From an uncultured Prevotellaceae bacterium (GTDB taxonomy: Bacteria > Bacteroidota > Bacteroidia > Bacteroidales > Bacteroidaceae), in assembly GCA_946407485.1 (NCBI GenBank), contig CAMJOE010000001.1, forward strand, positions 1-63,557: 63,557 nucleotides of DNA, in the 5' to 3' direction. How positions within the stretch are numbered: the first letter of the stretch is position 1; every line of letters begins with the position of its first letter. The position numbers were made by a program, and so were the translations under genes. The notes below the pieces were generated by a model that did not search any database, had not been told where the DNA came from, and was given only the letters and a program-made list of their open reading frames with translations. This document shows, piece by piece, positions 42,519 through 51,236 of the stretch.

Positions 42519-43985
42519 ATGTCCAATCTTCTCGTTTTCTCCGCTTTGGGGCTTTACATACTGCTGCTTGTCCTCTTTACGAGGCTTGTGAAAACGAAGG
42601 GCGACAACAACGCCTTCTTTCGTGCCGGCCGCAAGTCGCCGTGGCTGCTCGTCGCCTTCGGCATGATAGGGGCGAGCATCAGCGGTGTGAGCCTCGTCAG
42701 CGTGCCGGGCTGGGTGCATCAGAACGGCATGACCTACATCCAGATGTGCCTTGGCTTCTTCGCCGGCTTCGTCTGCATCGCCTTTCTCCTGCTGCCGCTC
42801 TACTACAGGCTTCGCCTCACCAGCATCTACGGCTACCTTGCCGAGCGGTTCGGGCGCCGCAGCCATCTGACGGGCGCTTGCTTTTTCCTCTTGAGCAAAC
42901 TCACAGGCGCCGCAGCACGCCTCTTCCTGACGTGTACCGTGCTTCACGAAATGGCCATCCGCCCTCTCGGTCTCCCCTTCGCCTTCACGGTAGGCGTCGT
43001 GCTGCTCGCCATCTTTCTCTATACGAGGAAAGGCGGTATCGAGAACATCGTCCGCACAGACGCCCTGCAGACCTTCTGCATGCTTCTTGCCACGGGTTGC
43101 ATCGTCTGGGGCGTGTCGATGAAGATGAACCTCTCGCCCTCCGGCATAGCGGACACCATCGCCAGCAGTCCCATGGGGCAGATGTTCTGCTGGGACCCGT
43201 CGAGCACGCAGTTCTTCTTGAGGCAGTTCATCAATGGCATGTTCATTACCATCGTCATGAACGGCCTCGACCAGGACATGATGCAGAAGAACCTGACCTG
43301 CAGTTCTTTGCGAGCCGCGCAGAAGAACATGTGCCTCTATGGCTTTTGCATCCTGCCCGTCAACCTTCTCTTCCTCGCGCTCGGCGTCTTGCTCTACACC
43401 TTTGCTGCCCAGGAAGGGCTCGCCATCCCCGAAGCCGGCGACCGCTTGCTGCCGATGCTTGTGGGCCAGGGAGTGCTGGGAACCTTCGTCGTCTTCCCTT
43501 TCACCATCGGCATCACCGCGGCGGCGCTCTCCAGCGCAGACAGCGCGATGACCTCGCTCACCACGAGCATCTGCGTGGACATCCTCAGGATTGAGCAAAA
43601 AGGAGTAGAGGCGGAGAGCGCCCTTCGCACCCGGCATCGCGTCCACGTCGCGGTAGCCCTTGCCTTCGCCCTCTGCATCGCCGTCTTCCACATCGCAGGC
43701 AGCGGCACCATCATCGACACCATCTACCGCCTGGCCGGCTACACCTACGGCCCGCTGTTAGGACTCTTCAGCTTCGGCCTCTTCACGCGCAGAACTGCGA
43801 ATGACCATGCCGTGCCCTACATCGCCGTTTTCTCCCCCATCATCTGTGCCTTTTTGGATTACCTCGCCCCGCTTCTCTGGAACTACCGCTTCAGTTACGA
43901 ACTCCTCCTGCTCAACGCCGCCCTGACCTTCCTCGGCCTTCTCATCACATCCCGCCCCGCGTCACATCGCAAAACGACTCGTTAG
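42519..43985 (+). CDS. sodium:solute symporter family transporter
   Basis: Multi-pass hydrophobic protein with FRAGRKSPWLLVAFGMIGASISGVSLVSVPG, typical of SSF. Start moved to ATG 42519 (MSNLLVF..) downstream of a TAccTTTA box. Confidence 0.75.
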   Translation: MSNLLVFSALGLYILLLVLFTRLVKTKGDNNAFFRAGRKSPWLLVAFGMIGASISGVSLVSVPGWVHQNGMTYIQMCLGFFAGFVCIAFLLLPLYYRLRLTSIYGYLAERFGRRSHLTGACFFLLSKLTGAAARLFLTCTVLHEMAIRPLGLPFAFTVGVVLLAIFLYTRKGGIENIVRTDALQTFCMLLATGCIVWGVSMKMNLSPSGIADTIASSPMGQMFCWDPSSTQFFLRQFINGMFITIVMNGLDQDMMQKNLTCSSLRAAQKNMCLYGFCILPVNLLFLALGVLLYTFAAQEGLAIPEAGDRLLPMLVGQGVLGTFVVFPFTIGITAAALSSADSAMTSLTTSICVDILRIEQKGVEAESALRTRHRVHVAVALAFALCIAVFHIAGSGTIIDTIYRLAGYTYGPLLGLFSFGLFTRRTANDHAVPYIAVFSPIICAFLDYLAPLLWNYRFSYELLLLNAALTFLGLLITSRPASHRKTTR

Positions 43986-43986
43986 T

Positions 43987-44149
43987 AAATCGCAATTTAC
44001 TAGTGTATAAATGTCGATTTACTAGTGTGTCGTTTGCAATTTACACGTGAGTAGTTTGAAAACGCCACGTGACATGAAGCCTCTCGCGACGTGTCGCTGG
44101 CGGGCTGGCGACGTGTTGTGAAGAACCTGGCGACGTGTTGTGTGAACAT
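43987..44149. repeat. heterogeneous units locked to a 22-bp lattice
   Basis: AAATCGCAATTTACTAGTGTAT (43987), AAATGTCGATTTACTAGTGTGT (44009), then CTCGCGACGTGTCGCTG (44083) and CTGGCGACGTGTTGTG (44105, 44127). Confidence 0.75.
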
Positions 44150-44151
44150 TC

Positions 44152-44266
44152 ATGTAGGCTCAATGTAGGCATCATGTAGGTATTATGTAGGCTTTATGTA
44201 GGCATGCATCTTCATATATTCCTTTATTCATGCCATTTTCGAGCATTTCTATGTAGGCATGTAGGC
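44152..44266. repeat. seven ATGTAGGC octamers, five at exact 11-bp spacing
   Basis: Starts at 44152, 44163, 44174, 44185 and 44196. 44251 is in phase (+55) and 44259 is not. Confidence 0.9.
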
Positions 44267-44400
44267 TGTTTAATAAACTCTGGAAAAATTTTTAGTCAAT
44301 TCCGCCCTCATGAAGCAGTTATGAATCTTTTGTCACAAAACTTTTTTCCCATTATTATATTTTTTTCTAACTTTCAGTATACAGTTTTCATTTTTTTTCA

Positions 44401-44408
44401 TAACTTTG
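44401..44408 (+). promoter_or_regulatory. -7 box (TAacTTTG) at the head of the lower-GC island
   Basis: Preceded by a T-rich tract. The next plausible start codon is about 400 nt downstream, implying a long leader. Confidence 0.5.
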
Positions 44409-44480
44409 CACCGACCAAGTGGCTCTTTTATGGGCTTGAGGGTCAAATCTTAATGGATTCCTGCGGAAAAGCACACTCTG

Positions 44481-44513
44481 CTCCCTCCCTCATGGGAGGA
44501 TTGGGGTGGGTCT
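44481..44513. repeat. partial (right-half) copy of the G/C palindromic element, non-coding
   Basis: CTCCCTCCCTCATGGGAGGATTGGGGTGGGTCT versus CTCCCTCCCTTTAAGGGAGGGCTGGGGAGGGTCT at 16373-16406. Confidence 0.65.
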
Positions 44514-44653
44514 TCCAAAGGGAGAAAGGACGTTTACGAACGTTATCTTCTACCGTCAAACCTGGAAAATTTGAAGTAAGAGAAGGTATCGCAATCGAAG
44601 CGTCCGCGTGGGTGATTTATATCCCACACTTTTGTGTGGAGTATATATGTCAC

Positions 44654-44744
44654 GACGTGGGCCAATTGGTTGCTTATCCTCTTACAGGGCAGTTTCCAGG
44701 GCCTGACGGTGGGATAAGCGAGTACAAGCTACCCACGTCTTTTT
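44654..44744 (+). terminator. long two-tier stem followed by T5 at the end of the island leader (terminator/attenuator-like)
   Basis: GACGTGGG..GCTTATCC..GGATAAGC..CCCACGTC, then TTTTTG. Lies about 70 nt upstream of the small ORF. Confidence 0.45.
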
Positions 44745-44813
44745 GTATCCATCACATTTAGCGAACACAAACGCCGAGTCGGGGTGGCTGTAGGCAATGA
44801 ATTAGGGATTATT

Positions 44814-44987
44814 ATGGGAGATCTAAAAGAATTAAGGAAATTGTTATCTGAAAATGATAACAGGTTGAACGAATCCACTATTTTGCCGATATATGTGTAT
44901 TTGGCAAATGGAGGAAGAGTAGCAGATTATGAAAATCAAGAAGAGTTAAAACAGGTATTAAAAAGATTTAAAGAACTTGTATCATGA
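44814..44987 (+). CDS. small hypothetical protein translationally coupled to the GLUG/cohesin gene
   Basis: 57-aa helical ORF (MGDLKELRKLL..). Its TGA overlaps the ATG of the next gene (ATGA at 44984-44987). An alternative GTG start lies at 44784. Confidence 0.35.
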   Translation: MGDLKELRKLLSENDNRLNESTILPIYVYLANGGRVADYENQEELKQVLKRFKELVS

Positions 44988-47900
44988 AACGTCTATTAAA
45001 TTCAGCAGTAGTGTTCCTCTGCTTTGTAGCAACATCGTTTGCTCAATTTAGTGGATCTGGGTCAGGAACAGAGAATGACCCTTATCTGATTTTCAATGAA
45101 ACTCAGTTGTCACAGATGTCAAATTTCCTTAATCAGGAGGGCATCGTATTTAAGTTGATGAAGGATTTGGATCTTACAAATTGGATATCTGAGAATAATC
45201 CACGACAGGGATGGATACCAATTGGGGTGCAGTCTACACCATTCAAAGGTAAGTTTTATGGAAATAATCACATTATCTCCGGTTTGACGATAACTCGAAC
45301 CTCTGCCAATAATGTTGGATTCTTCGGTTATGTCAGTAACGCTACAATAAGTGACTTGACGATTGAGGGGTCGAGTATAGCTGCCTCACAAGATGTCGGC
45401 GGTTTGGTTGGACATATCATCAATTCTTCTGTGAGCAACTGCCATGTGACATTGACAGGAATAAATGGTGTATATGGTTCTTCCAATGTTGGTGGCTTAG
45501 CTGGCTACTCAAATAGCACCAACTATACAACATTTAGTGTAGAAGCCTCTGTCGCAGCATCCGAGAATGTTGGAGGATGTATTGGAAAGGTGGAAAATGG
45601 TGGTGTAATAGAAGGTGGCAGTGTTACAGGTACAATTATCAGTCAAGGCAGTTATGCTGGTGGTTTGATAGGTAAAGCAACGAACCACACTCTTAGAGGC
45701 ATTAATGTGAGTAGTGATATCGTTGGGCAAGACTACACTGGCGGCATTACTGGTTACAGTTCCAAAGGCATCTTGATAACTTGTACCTATAGGGGCACGC
45801 TTTCCGGTAAGCAGTTCGTTGGAGGTATAGCCGGTTCGGTTCAAGAAGGAGGTACCTGTTTTGATTCTTGCTATTCTATTGGAAAGATTATATCAACAGG
45901 TGATTACTGTGGTGGGATAGCAGGTATTATCCCAGGGTTCATTGAAGAGATGAAGAATTGCAGCCACTTTGGTGATATTAATGGACAATCTTATACTGGT
46001 GGTTTGATTGGTGCGGTGCCCGGAGATAATAATTATAGAGCGTCGTTGGTGGCATTTAAAAATGTGGATAATTGTACTGTTATAGGCAATATAACGGGTC
46101 TGTCTTTTGTGGGAGGACTAATTGGAAGTGAGACCCCTTCGCATTACCATAAAGTGTTCCTAGACCTTAAAAACAGCTATTTTAGTGGTACCATTCAAGG
46201 AACAAAAAATGTTGGGGGGTTGTATGGCCGTAAGTGTTACGGTACGATTCAGAACAGCTATGCATACGCCAATATTTTCGGCACATCAAATGTTGGAGGA
46301 ATTGTAGGTTATATATCAAGTGACTCATATTTCAACTATAGAACGGTCATAAAATCGAATGTCTCAAATAATGCGGTTATTTCTGCAACGACTTCTGACG
46401 TTGGTCGCATCTACGGAAAGGCTGACAACACGGATGACGTTGTTATAGGTGCTTTAGCATCAGCGGAGGGCAATCGCGCTTTGACACAGACCCGTGTTAT
46501 TCTTAGCGGCGTAATACAGGAAGTGGAAGATGATTTGCAGAACGGAACAAGCATAGGTCCGTCGTTGCTTCGTCTGAAAGCAACCTATGTCTCTATGGGT
46601 TGGGATTTCGATAACAATTGGAACATTTTAGAAACGGAATGCTATCCTTATAAGAAGTATCAGGCTGCGCCACCAGTGATAGAAAGCAATCTTGTTTCAC
46701 AATCAACTATTATAAGCGGGAAAAGTGTTGATAATGGTACTGTTTACCTTTATTATAAAGATCGCGAAGCAATGTCCATACAATGCAATAACCATCAATG
46801 GGCATTCAACATTGAACCTTTGCAGAGTGGAGCACAGGTACAAATTTATACTGATGTAGAAGGAATGACTCCTTCATACTTCACCACATCTATAGTCGGC
46901 TATCCTGGCAGCGGCACAGAGAGTGAACCATGGCGCATTTATACAGCCGAAGATTTACAGGGCACCAACAACCGAGGATACTACAAAGTGATGAATGATA
47001 TTGACCTCACCTCTTGGATTAACCAAAATAGCCCAACAGAGGGATGGCCTGCAATAGGACGTGACAGCGGTGAAGCTACATATATAGATGGTGATGGGCA
47101 CAAAATATCAGGACTTTGGACAAATACTACCCAAAATTATACTGGTCTGTTCTCAAACTTCTCGGCTGGACAAATTAAGAACCTTAACGTAGAAGTGGCA
47201 ACAGGAAAGAAAGTTAAGGGCGGCGATTATACGGGAATCCTAATAGGTCGTAATGCTCAAGGAAGCATAGTAAACTGCTCTGTCACGGGTGACGTAGAAG
47301 GAATGACTCATACCGGTGGTGTTGTAGGATATATTGAAGCGTCAAAAATAAGTAATGTAACTTATGAAGGCAGTGTCTCTTCAAGTGGGGATGAATCTTT
47401 TGTAGGTGGTATTGCTGGTCAGGCGAAAACTTGTTCCGTGAATGGTTGCATATCGACTGCAAATATCTCGACCATTGGCGCTAATAGTCGTGTAGGCGGA
47501 CTCATTGGTGACGCAAAAGAAGGGAGCATCAGCAGATGTTTCGTCAGCACTACATTAGAAGCAACAGGTACAAGCAATACTGTAGGTGGACTTGTTGGTT
47601 ATAGTATGACACCTATTACCTTGTCTGTTTCAACGGGGAACGTGTCGGCAACAGGAAACAATTCATACACAGGTGGATTGGTTGGTTATGCATTGTCGCC
47701 TGTTAACAATAGTTATAGTACAGCAAAAACTACAGGTACACTCTATTCTGCAGGATTGATTGGATACACCTTCAGCACAATTGACAAATGTTATGCTACA
47801 GGAAATATTTATGGTGACATGTATGGAGCTGGTTTGGTTGGTGAACTTGACGGACAAGGCGCTCGTCTTACGAACAGTGTAGCTTGCAACAATATCCTGG

Positions 47901-49489
47901 AATTAACAGCACAATCATCGTGGGGCTGTCGTGTAATCGGTGGATTCAAAAATGGTGCAGAAGATCCTGACCAAAGCAACTATGCTTTAAAAACCATGCA
48001 AGTTTCCTTAAATGGTGTGCCACAAGTGAAAACAGATGATTTGGTAGAGGGAGTTGCCAAGACTAAACTTGAGTTAATGACAGCAACAACATACCAAGGT
48101 ATTGGTTGGGATTTCGATACAATATGGCAAATTGAAGAAGGACTAGGCTACCCATATCTTCAGGGCTCCTCTACAGTTGGCCCGACACCTCCTGACAACG
48201 AAGATGACTTTATTGATACAGACATTTCAGCACTTGACAATGTAATTTATGTAGAAAGAGCAGAAACCGCTCCTGGAAACGAATTGATACTATCTATTAA
48301 GATGAAGAATTCGGCAGCAATTCGCGGCTTCCAATTTAATCTCAGTTTACCCGATGGCGTTACCATAGCTAAAAATAACAATGGAAAAGTGTTGGCTTCA
48401 CTGAGTGATGGCAGGTTACCCGAAGATGACCAGCATACTCTAACCGTTAACGAACAATCAGATGGCAGCTATCTCTTCTTATGTGGTTCGCTTTATGAGG
48501 AGACATTTACAGGAAACGAAGGAGAAATAGCAACGGTAAAAGTTAATGTCTATCTAGGAATGGAAGATGGAAAATATCCGATAACATTGAAAAACATTAA
48601 ACTGACGGAGAGCGACATCAGTAAATACTACGAAATAAGGGAAGTAAAGTCAACGCTTGCCATAACATCTTGTATTATAGGTGATATTAATGGTGACTGG
48701 AAAGTGGATATAAGTGATTATATTGGCATAGCTAACCGCATTTTGGGTTATGCTCAGGAAGGTTTTAATGAAAAGGCTGGTGATGTTAATAGTGATGGAT
48801 TTATTGATGTTTCTGATTATATAGGTGTTGCAAATATAATTCTTACAGGTTCTATCTATGGAAGTCAACAACATGCTAGTTCTCGTTTACAGAGTGCAGA
48901 TGCTACAGGCCTTATAACCGATGAAAATGTTATTTACGTGGCTCCACAGTCGGTAATTTCCGGAGAAATTGTAATGTTGAGCATTTGTATGAACAATACG
49001 GCACCTATTCGTGGTTTCCAGTTCGACCTTTATCTGCCAGAAGGGGTAATTGCAGCCAAAAACACTAACGGGCGTTTCATATGTTCCTTAAATAATAATC
49101 GTTTGGAGGCCGACGATGAGCACACACTAACGTTGGCAGAACAGCAGGATGGAGGAATTCGCTTCCTTTGTGGCTCACAATATGATGAAAATTTCATAGG
49201 TAACGAAGGAGAGATTGCCACTTTGATGGTGAGGGTAGACGAAAAAATGCCTTATGGTAGCTATCCCATTGTTTTAAGAAATATGAAGTTGTCAGAGACT
49301 AACATTAATAACTTCTATGAGACGGAGTCCATAGAAACCTATCTAACCATAGATAGTCCCGATTGCCTATACGGAATGGAGAGTAAAACACAATTGAGGC
49401 AAGATTTTTACTTGCTATCTGGCCAACGTGTTCAGAAACCCATAAAGGGTGTAAATATTATAAGTGGAAAGAAAGTGTTAGTGAAATAA
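44984..49489 (+). CDS. 1501-aa GLUG-repeat surface protein with cohesin-dockerin-cohesin modules and T9SS CTD
   Basis: Signal peptide ..ATSFA/QF. Many GLUG units (VGGLVGHIINSSVSNC, VGGLAGYSNS, VGGIVGYI..). Cohesin-like modules at about 48236-48670 and 48923-49365 (AIRGFQFNLSLPDGV / PIRGFQFDLYLPEGV). Dockerin at about 48681-48850 (DINGDWKVDISD..DVNSDGFIDVSD). C-terminal KGVNIISGKKVLVK. Confidence 0.75.
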   Translation: MKRLLNSAVVFLCFVATSFAQFSGSGSGTENDPYLIFNETQLSQMSNFLNQEGIVFKLMKDLDLTNWISENNPRQGWIPIGVQSTPFKGKFYGNNHIISGLTITRTSANNVGFFGYVSNATISDLTIEGSSIAASQDVGGLVGHIINSSVSNCHVTLTGINGVYGSSNVGGLAGYSNSTNYTTFSVEASVAASENVGGCIGKVENGGVIEGGSVTGTIISQGSYAGGLIGKATNHTLRGINVSSDIVGQDYTGGITGYSSKGILITCTYRGTLSGKQFVGGIAGSVQEGGTCFDSCYSIGKIISTGDYCGGIAGIIPGFIEEMKNCSHFGDINGQSYTGGLIGAVPGDNNYRASLVAFKNVDNCTVIGNITGLSFVGGLIGSETPSHYHKVFLDLKNSYFSGTIQGTKNVGGLYGRKCYGTIQNSYAYANIFGTSNVGGIVGYISSDSYFNYRTVIKSNVSNNAVISATTSDVGRIYGKADNTDDVVIGALASAEGNRALTQTRVILSGVIQEVEDDLQNGTSIGPSLLRLKATYVSMGWDFDNNWNILETECYPYKKYQAAPPVIESNLVSQSTIISGKSVDNGTVYLYYKDREAMSIQCNNHQWAFNIEPLQSGAQVQIYTDVEGMTPSYFTTSIVGYPGSGTESEPWRIYTAEDLQGTNNRGYYKVMNDIDLTSWINQNSPTEGWPAIGRDSGEATYIDGDGHKISGLWTNTTQNYTGLFSNFSAGQIKNLNVEVATGKKVKGGDYTGILIGRNAQGSIVNCSVTGDVEGMTHTGGVVGYIEASKISNVTYEGSVSSSGDESFVGGIAGQAKTCSVNGCISTANISTIGANSRVGGLIGDAKEGSISRCFVSTTLEATGTSNTVGGLVGYSMTPITLSVSTGNVSATGNNSYTGGLVGYALSPVNNSYSTAKTTGTLYSAGLIGYTFSTIDKCYATGNIYGDMYGAGLVGELDGQGARLTNSVACNNILELTAQSSWGCRVIGGFKNGAEDPDQSNYALKTMQVSLNGVPQVKTDDLVEGVAKTKLELMTATTYQGIGWDFDTIWQIEEGLGYPYLQGSSTVGPTPPDNEDDFIDTDISALDNVIYVERAETAPGNELILSIKMKNSAAIRGFQFNLSLPDGVTIAKNNNGKVLASLSDGRLPEDDQHTLTVNEQSDGSYLFLCGSLYEETFTGNEGEIATVKVNVYLGMEDGKYPITLKNIKLTESDISKYYEIREVKSTLAITSCIIGDINGDWKVDISDYIGIANRILGYAQEGFNEKAGDVNSDGFIDVSDYIGVANIILTGSIYGSQQHASSRLQSADATGLITDENVIYVAPQSVISGEIVMLSICMNNTAPIRGFQFDLYLPEGVIAAKNTNGRFICSLNNNRLEADDEHTLTLAEQQDGGIRFLCGSQYDENFIGNEGEIATLMVRVDEKMPYGSYPIVLRNMKLSETNINNFYETESIETYLTIDSPDCLYGMESKTQLRQDFYLLSGQRVQKPIKGVNIISGKKVLVK

Positions 49490-49496
49490 TACTAAA

Positions 49497-49523
49497 AGAC
49501 GGGAGCAACTCCCGTCTTTTTTT
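49497..49523 (+). terminator. rho-independent terminator after the GLUG/cohesin gene
   Basis: AGACGGGAG-CAA-CTCCCGTCT followed by TTTTTTT, 8 nt after the stop. Confidence 0.8.
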
Positions 49524-49658
49524 ATTCAGATATTTATTATCCATGAGTTCAAAGACATCATCCCTTTAATTGGCTCAATCAGTAATTTTTCTTATTTTCA
49601 GCGCGAAGCATTACAAAAGAAATTTTATCCAAATCGGATAATCCATTTTGGGTAATTG

Positions 49659-50687
49659 TCAGGCTTTCAGCATCTGCCGGGTTTGTTCGATGAGGGCGAA
49701 GACGTCCTCTTTTTTTTCAGCACGGAGCATGGCGATGCGGGTGTCGCGGTAGTTGGGGATGCCTTTGAAGAGGGGCGTTGCGGCGAGATGGCGGCGGACA
49801 TGCCTGATGCCGCACAGCTCGGGGTCTTTGCCGAACTTGGCCTTGATGGGGTCTTGCGAGGCGCGGTCGATGCTGATGAGCACTTGTTGTTTAAGTATGT
49901 CTATCTTCTCGTCGAGCGTGAGGGGCTGCTCGGGATGCGCTATCTCGTGGAAGATCCAAGGGCGTCCGAAGGTGGCGCGGCCTATCATGACGGCATCGAC
50001 GCCATAGCGGTCGAAGGCTTGCCGCGCCTCTTCGGCAGAGGTGATGTCGCCGTTGCCGATGATGGGGATATGCATGCGGGGATTGGCCTTCACCAGTCCG
50101 ATGTTCGTCCAGTCGGCGTCGCCCATGTACATCTGTGCTCTTGTGCGGCCGTGGATGGTCAATGCCTTGATGCCGCAGTCCTGCAAGCGCTCGGCCAGGT
50201 CGACGATGAAGGGCGTGCCGTCGGGCAAAAGGAGGTGCTTTTCGTCCCAAGCCAAACGGGTCTTGACGGTGACGGGCGTGTCGGGGACAGCCTCCACGAC
50301 AGCCTTTGTTATCTCGAGGATGCCGGGAACATTCTGCAGCATGCCGGCTCCGGCACCTTTGCTTGCGACCTTCTTGACAGGACAGCCGAAGTTGATGTCG
50401 AGCACGTCGGGGTGCGCCTGTTCAACGACGATACGTGCCGCCTCGCGCATCGCATCGACGTCCTTGCCGTAAATCTGTATGGCGACGGGTCGCTCCTCGG
50501 GGCAAATCTGCAGTTTCAGGAGGCTTTTGTTGACGAGACGGATGAGGGCGTCGCTCGAGACGAACTCCGAATAGACCATAGCCGCGCCCATCTGTCGGCA
50601 AAGCAGACGGAAGCCGATATCCGTCACGTCCTCCATCGGCGCCAGTAGCACAGGGCGCTCCCCCAGGTCAATCGTTCCAATCTTCAC
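49659..50687 (-). CDS. dusB: tRNA-dihydrouridine synthase
   Basis: LAPMEDVTDIGFR, LDINFGCP and LTIHGRTRAQ blocks. Confidence 0.85.
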   Translation of the reverse strand: MKIGTIDLGERPVLLAPMEDVTDIGFRLLCRQMGAAMVYSEFVSSDALIRLVNKSLLKLQICPEERPVAIQIYGKDVDAMREAARIVVEQAHPDVLDINFGCPVKKVASKGAGAGMLQNVPGILEITKAVVEAVPDTPVTVKTRLAWDEKHLLLPDGTPFIVDLAERLQDCGIKALTIHGRTRAQMYMGDADWTNIGLVKANPRMHIPIIGNGDITSAEEARQAFDRYGVDAVMIGRATFGRPWIFHEIAHPEQPLTLDEKIDILKQQVLISIDRASQDPIKAKFGKDPELCGIRHVRRHLAATPLFKGIPNYRDTRIAMLRAEKKEDVFALIEQTRQMLKA

Positions 50688-50777
50688 TGTTCTTTTTAAT
50701 TAAGAATTAAGAAAGAAGAATTAAGAATTAAGAAAGAAGAATTAAAAATAAAACAAAGGAGAAGTATGATTTATGAA

Positions 50778-51221
50778 TTATGAATTATGAATTGACTTAA
50801 AGGCCAGGGCGTACATTTTCATTTGCTTGAGCATCGCGCCGAGTCCGTTGCTTCGCGTCGGCGAGAGGTGTTCGCGCAGGCCAATGCGGTCGATGAAGTA
50901 GAGGTCGGCATCGAGTATCTCCTGTGGCGTGTGGCCGGAGAGAACGCGTACAAGCAAAGCGACGATGCCTTTCACGATGAGCGCGTCGCTCTCAGCGCGA
51001 AAATGCACCATTCCATCGATAAAATCGGCCTGCAACCACACACGGCTCTGGCAACCGTCGATGAGGTTTTGTTCCGTCTTATATTGTTCGTCGAGGGGCG
51101 GCTGCTCACTGCCCATGTCGATGAGCAGCTGGTAGCGGTCCATCCAATCGTCGAAGTCGCTGAACTCGGCGATAATGTCGTCTTGGATTTGGTTGATGGG
51201 AATAATGGGGTTTATGGACAT
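50778..51221 (-). CDS. sufE: SufE-like cysteine desulfuration protein
   Basis: 147 aa. IDGCQSRVWL active-site Cys block. The last codons and the stop lie in an ATGAATT heptamer array. Confidence 0.8.
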   Translation of the reverse strand: MSINPIIPINQIQDDIIAEFSDFDDWMDRYQLLIDMGSEQPPLDEQYKTEQNLIDGCQSRVWLQADFIDGMVHFRAESDALIVKGIVALLVRVLSGHTPQEILDADLYFIDRIGLREHLSPTRSNGLGAMLKQMKMYALAFKSIHNS

Positions 51222-51236
51222 GATGGGGTGGGATAA

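Noticed and set aside
44409-44744. Assigning the island leader to a known RNA family (tmRNA, RNase P, SRP RNA, cobalamin/TPP/SAM riboswitch, group II intron)
   Set aside because: None of the conserved cores I can recall for these families is present (e.g. the RNase P GAGGAAAGUCC block, the B12 box, the tmRNA tag region and CCA end, or intron domain V). It is left as an unclassified structured leader.
44204-44761. 185-aa ORF covering the island's upstream region
   Set aside because: It runs through the ATGTAGGC repeats, the TAacTTTG promoter box, a partial palindromic element and the terminator-like stem. Its translation is Phe/Ile/Cys-rich nonsense. The region is better explained as promoter plus structured leader.
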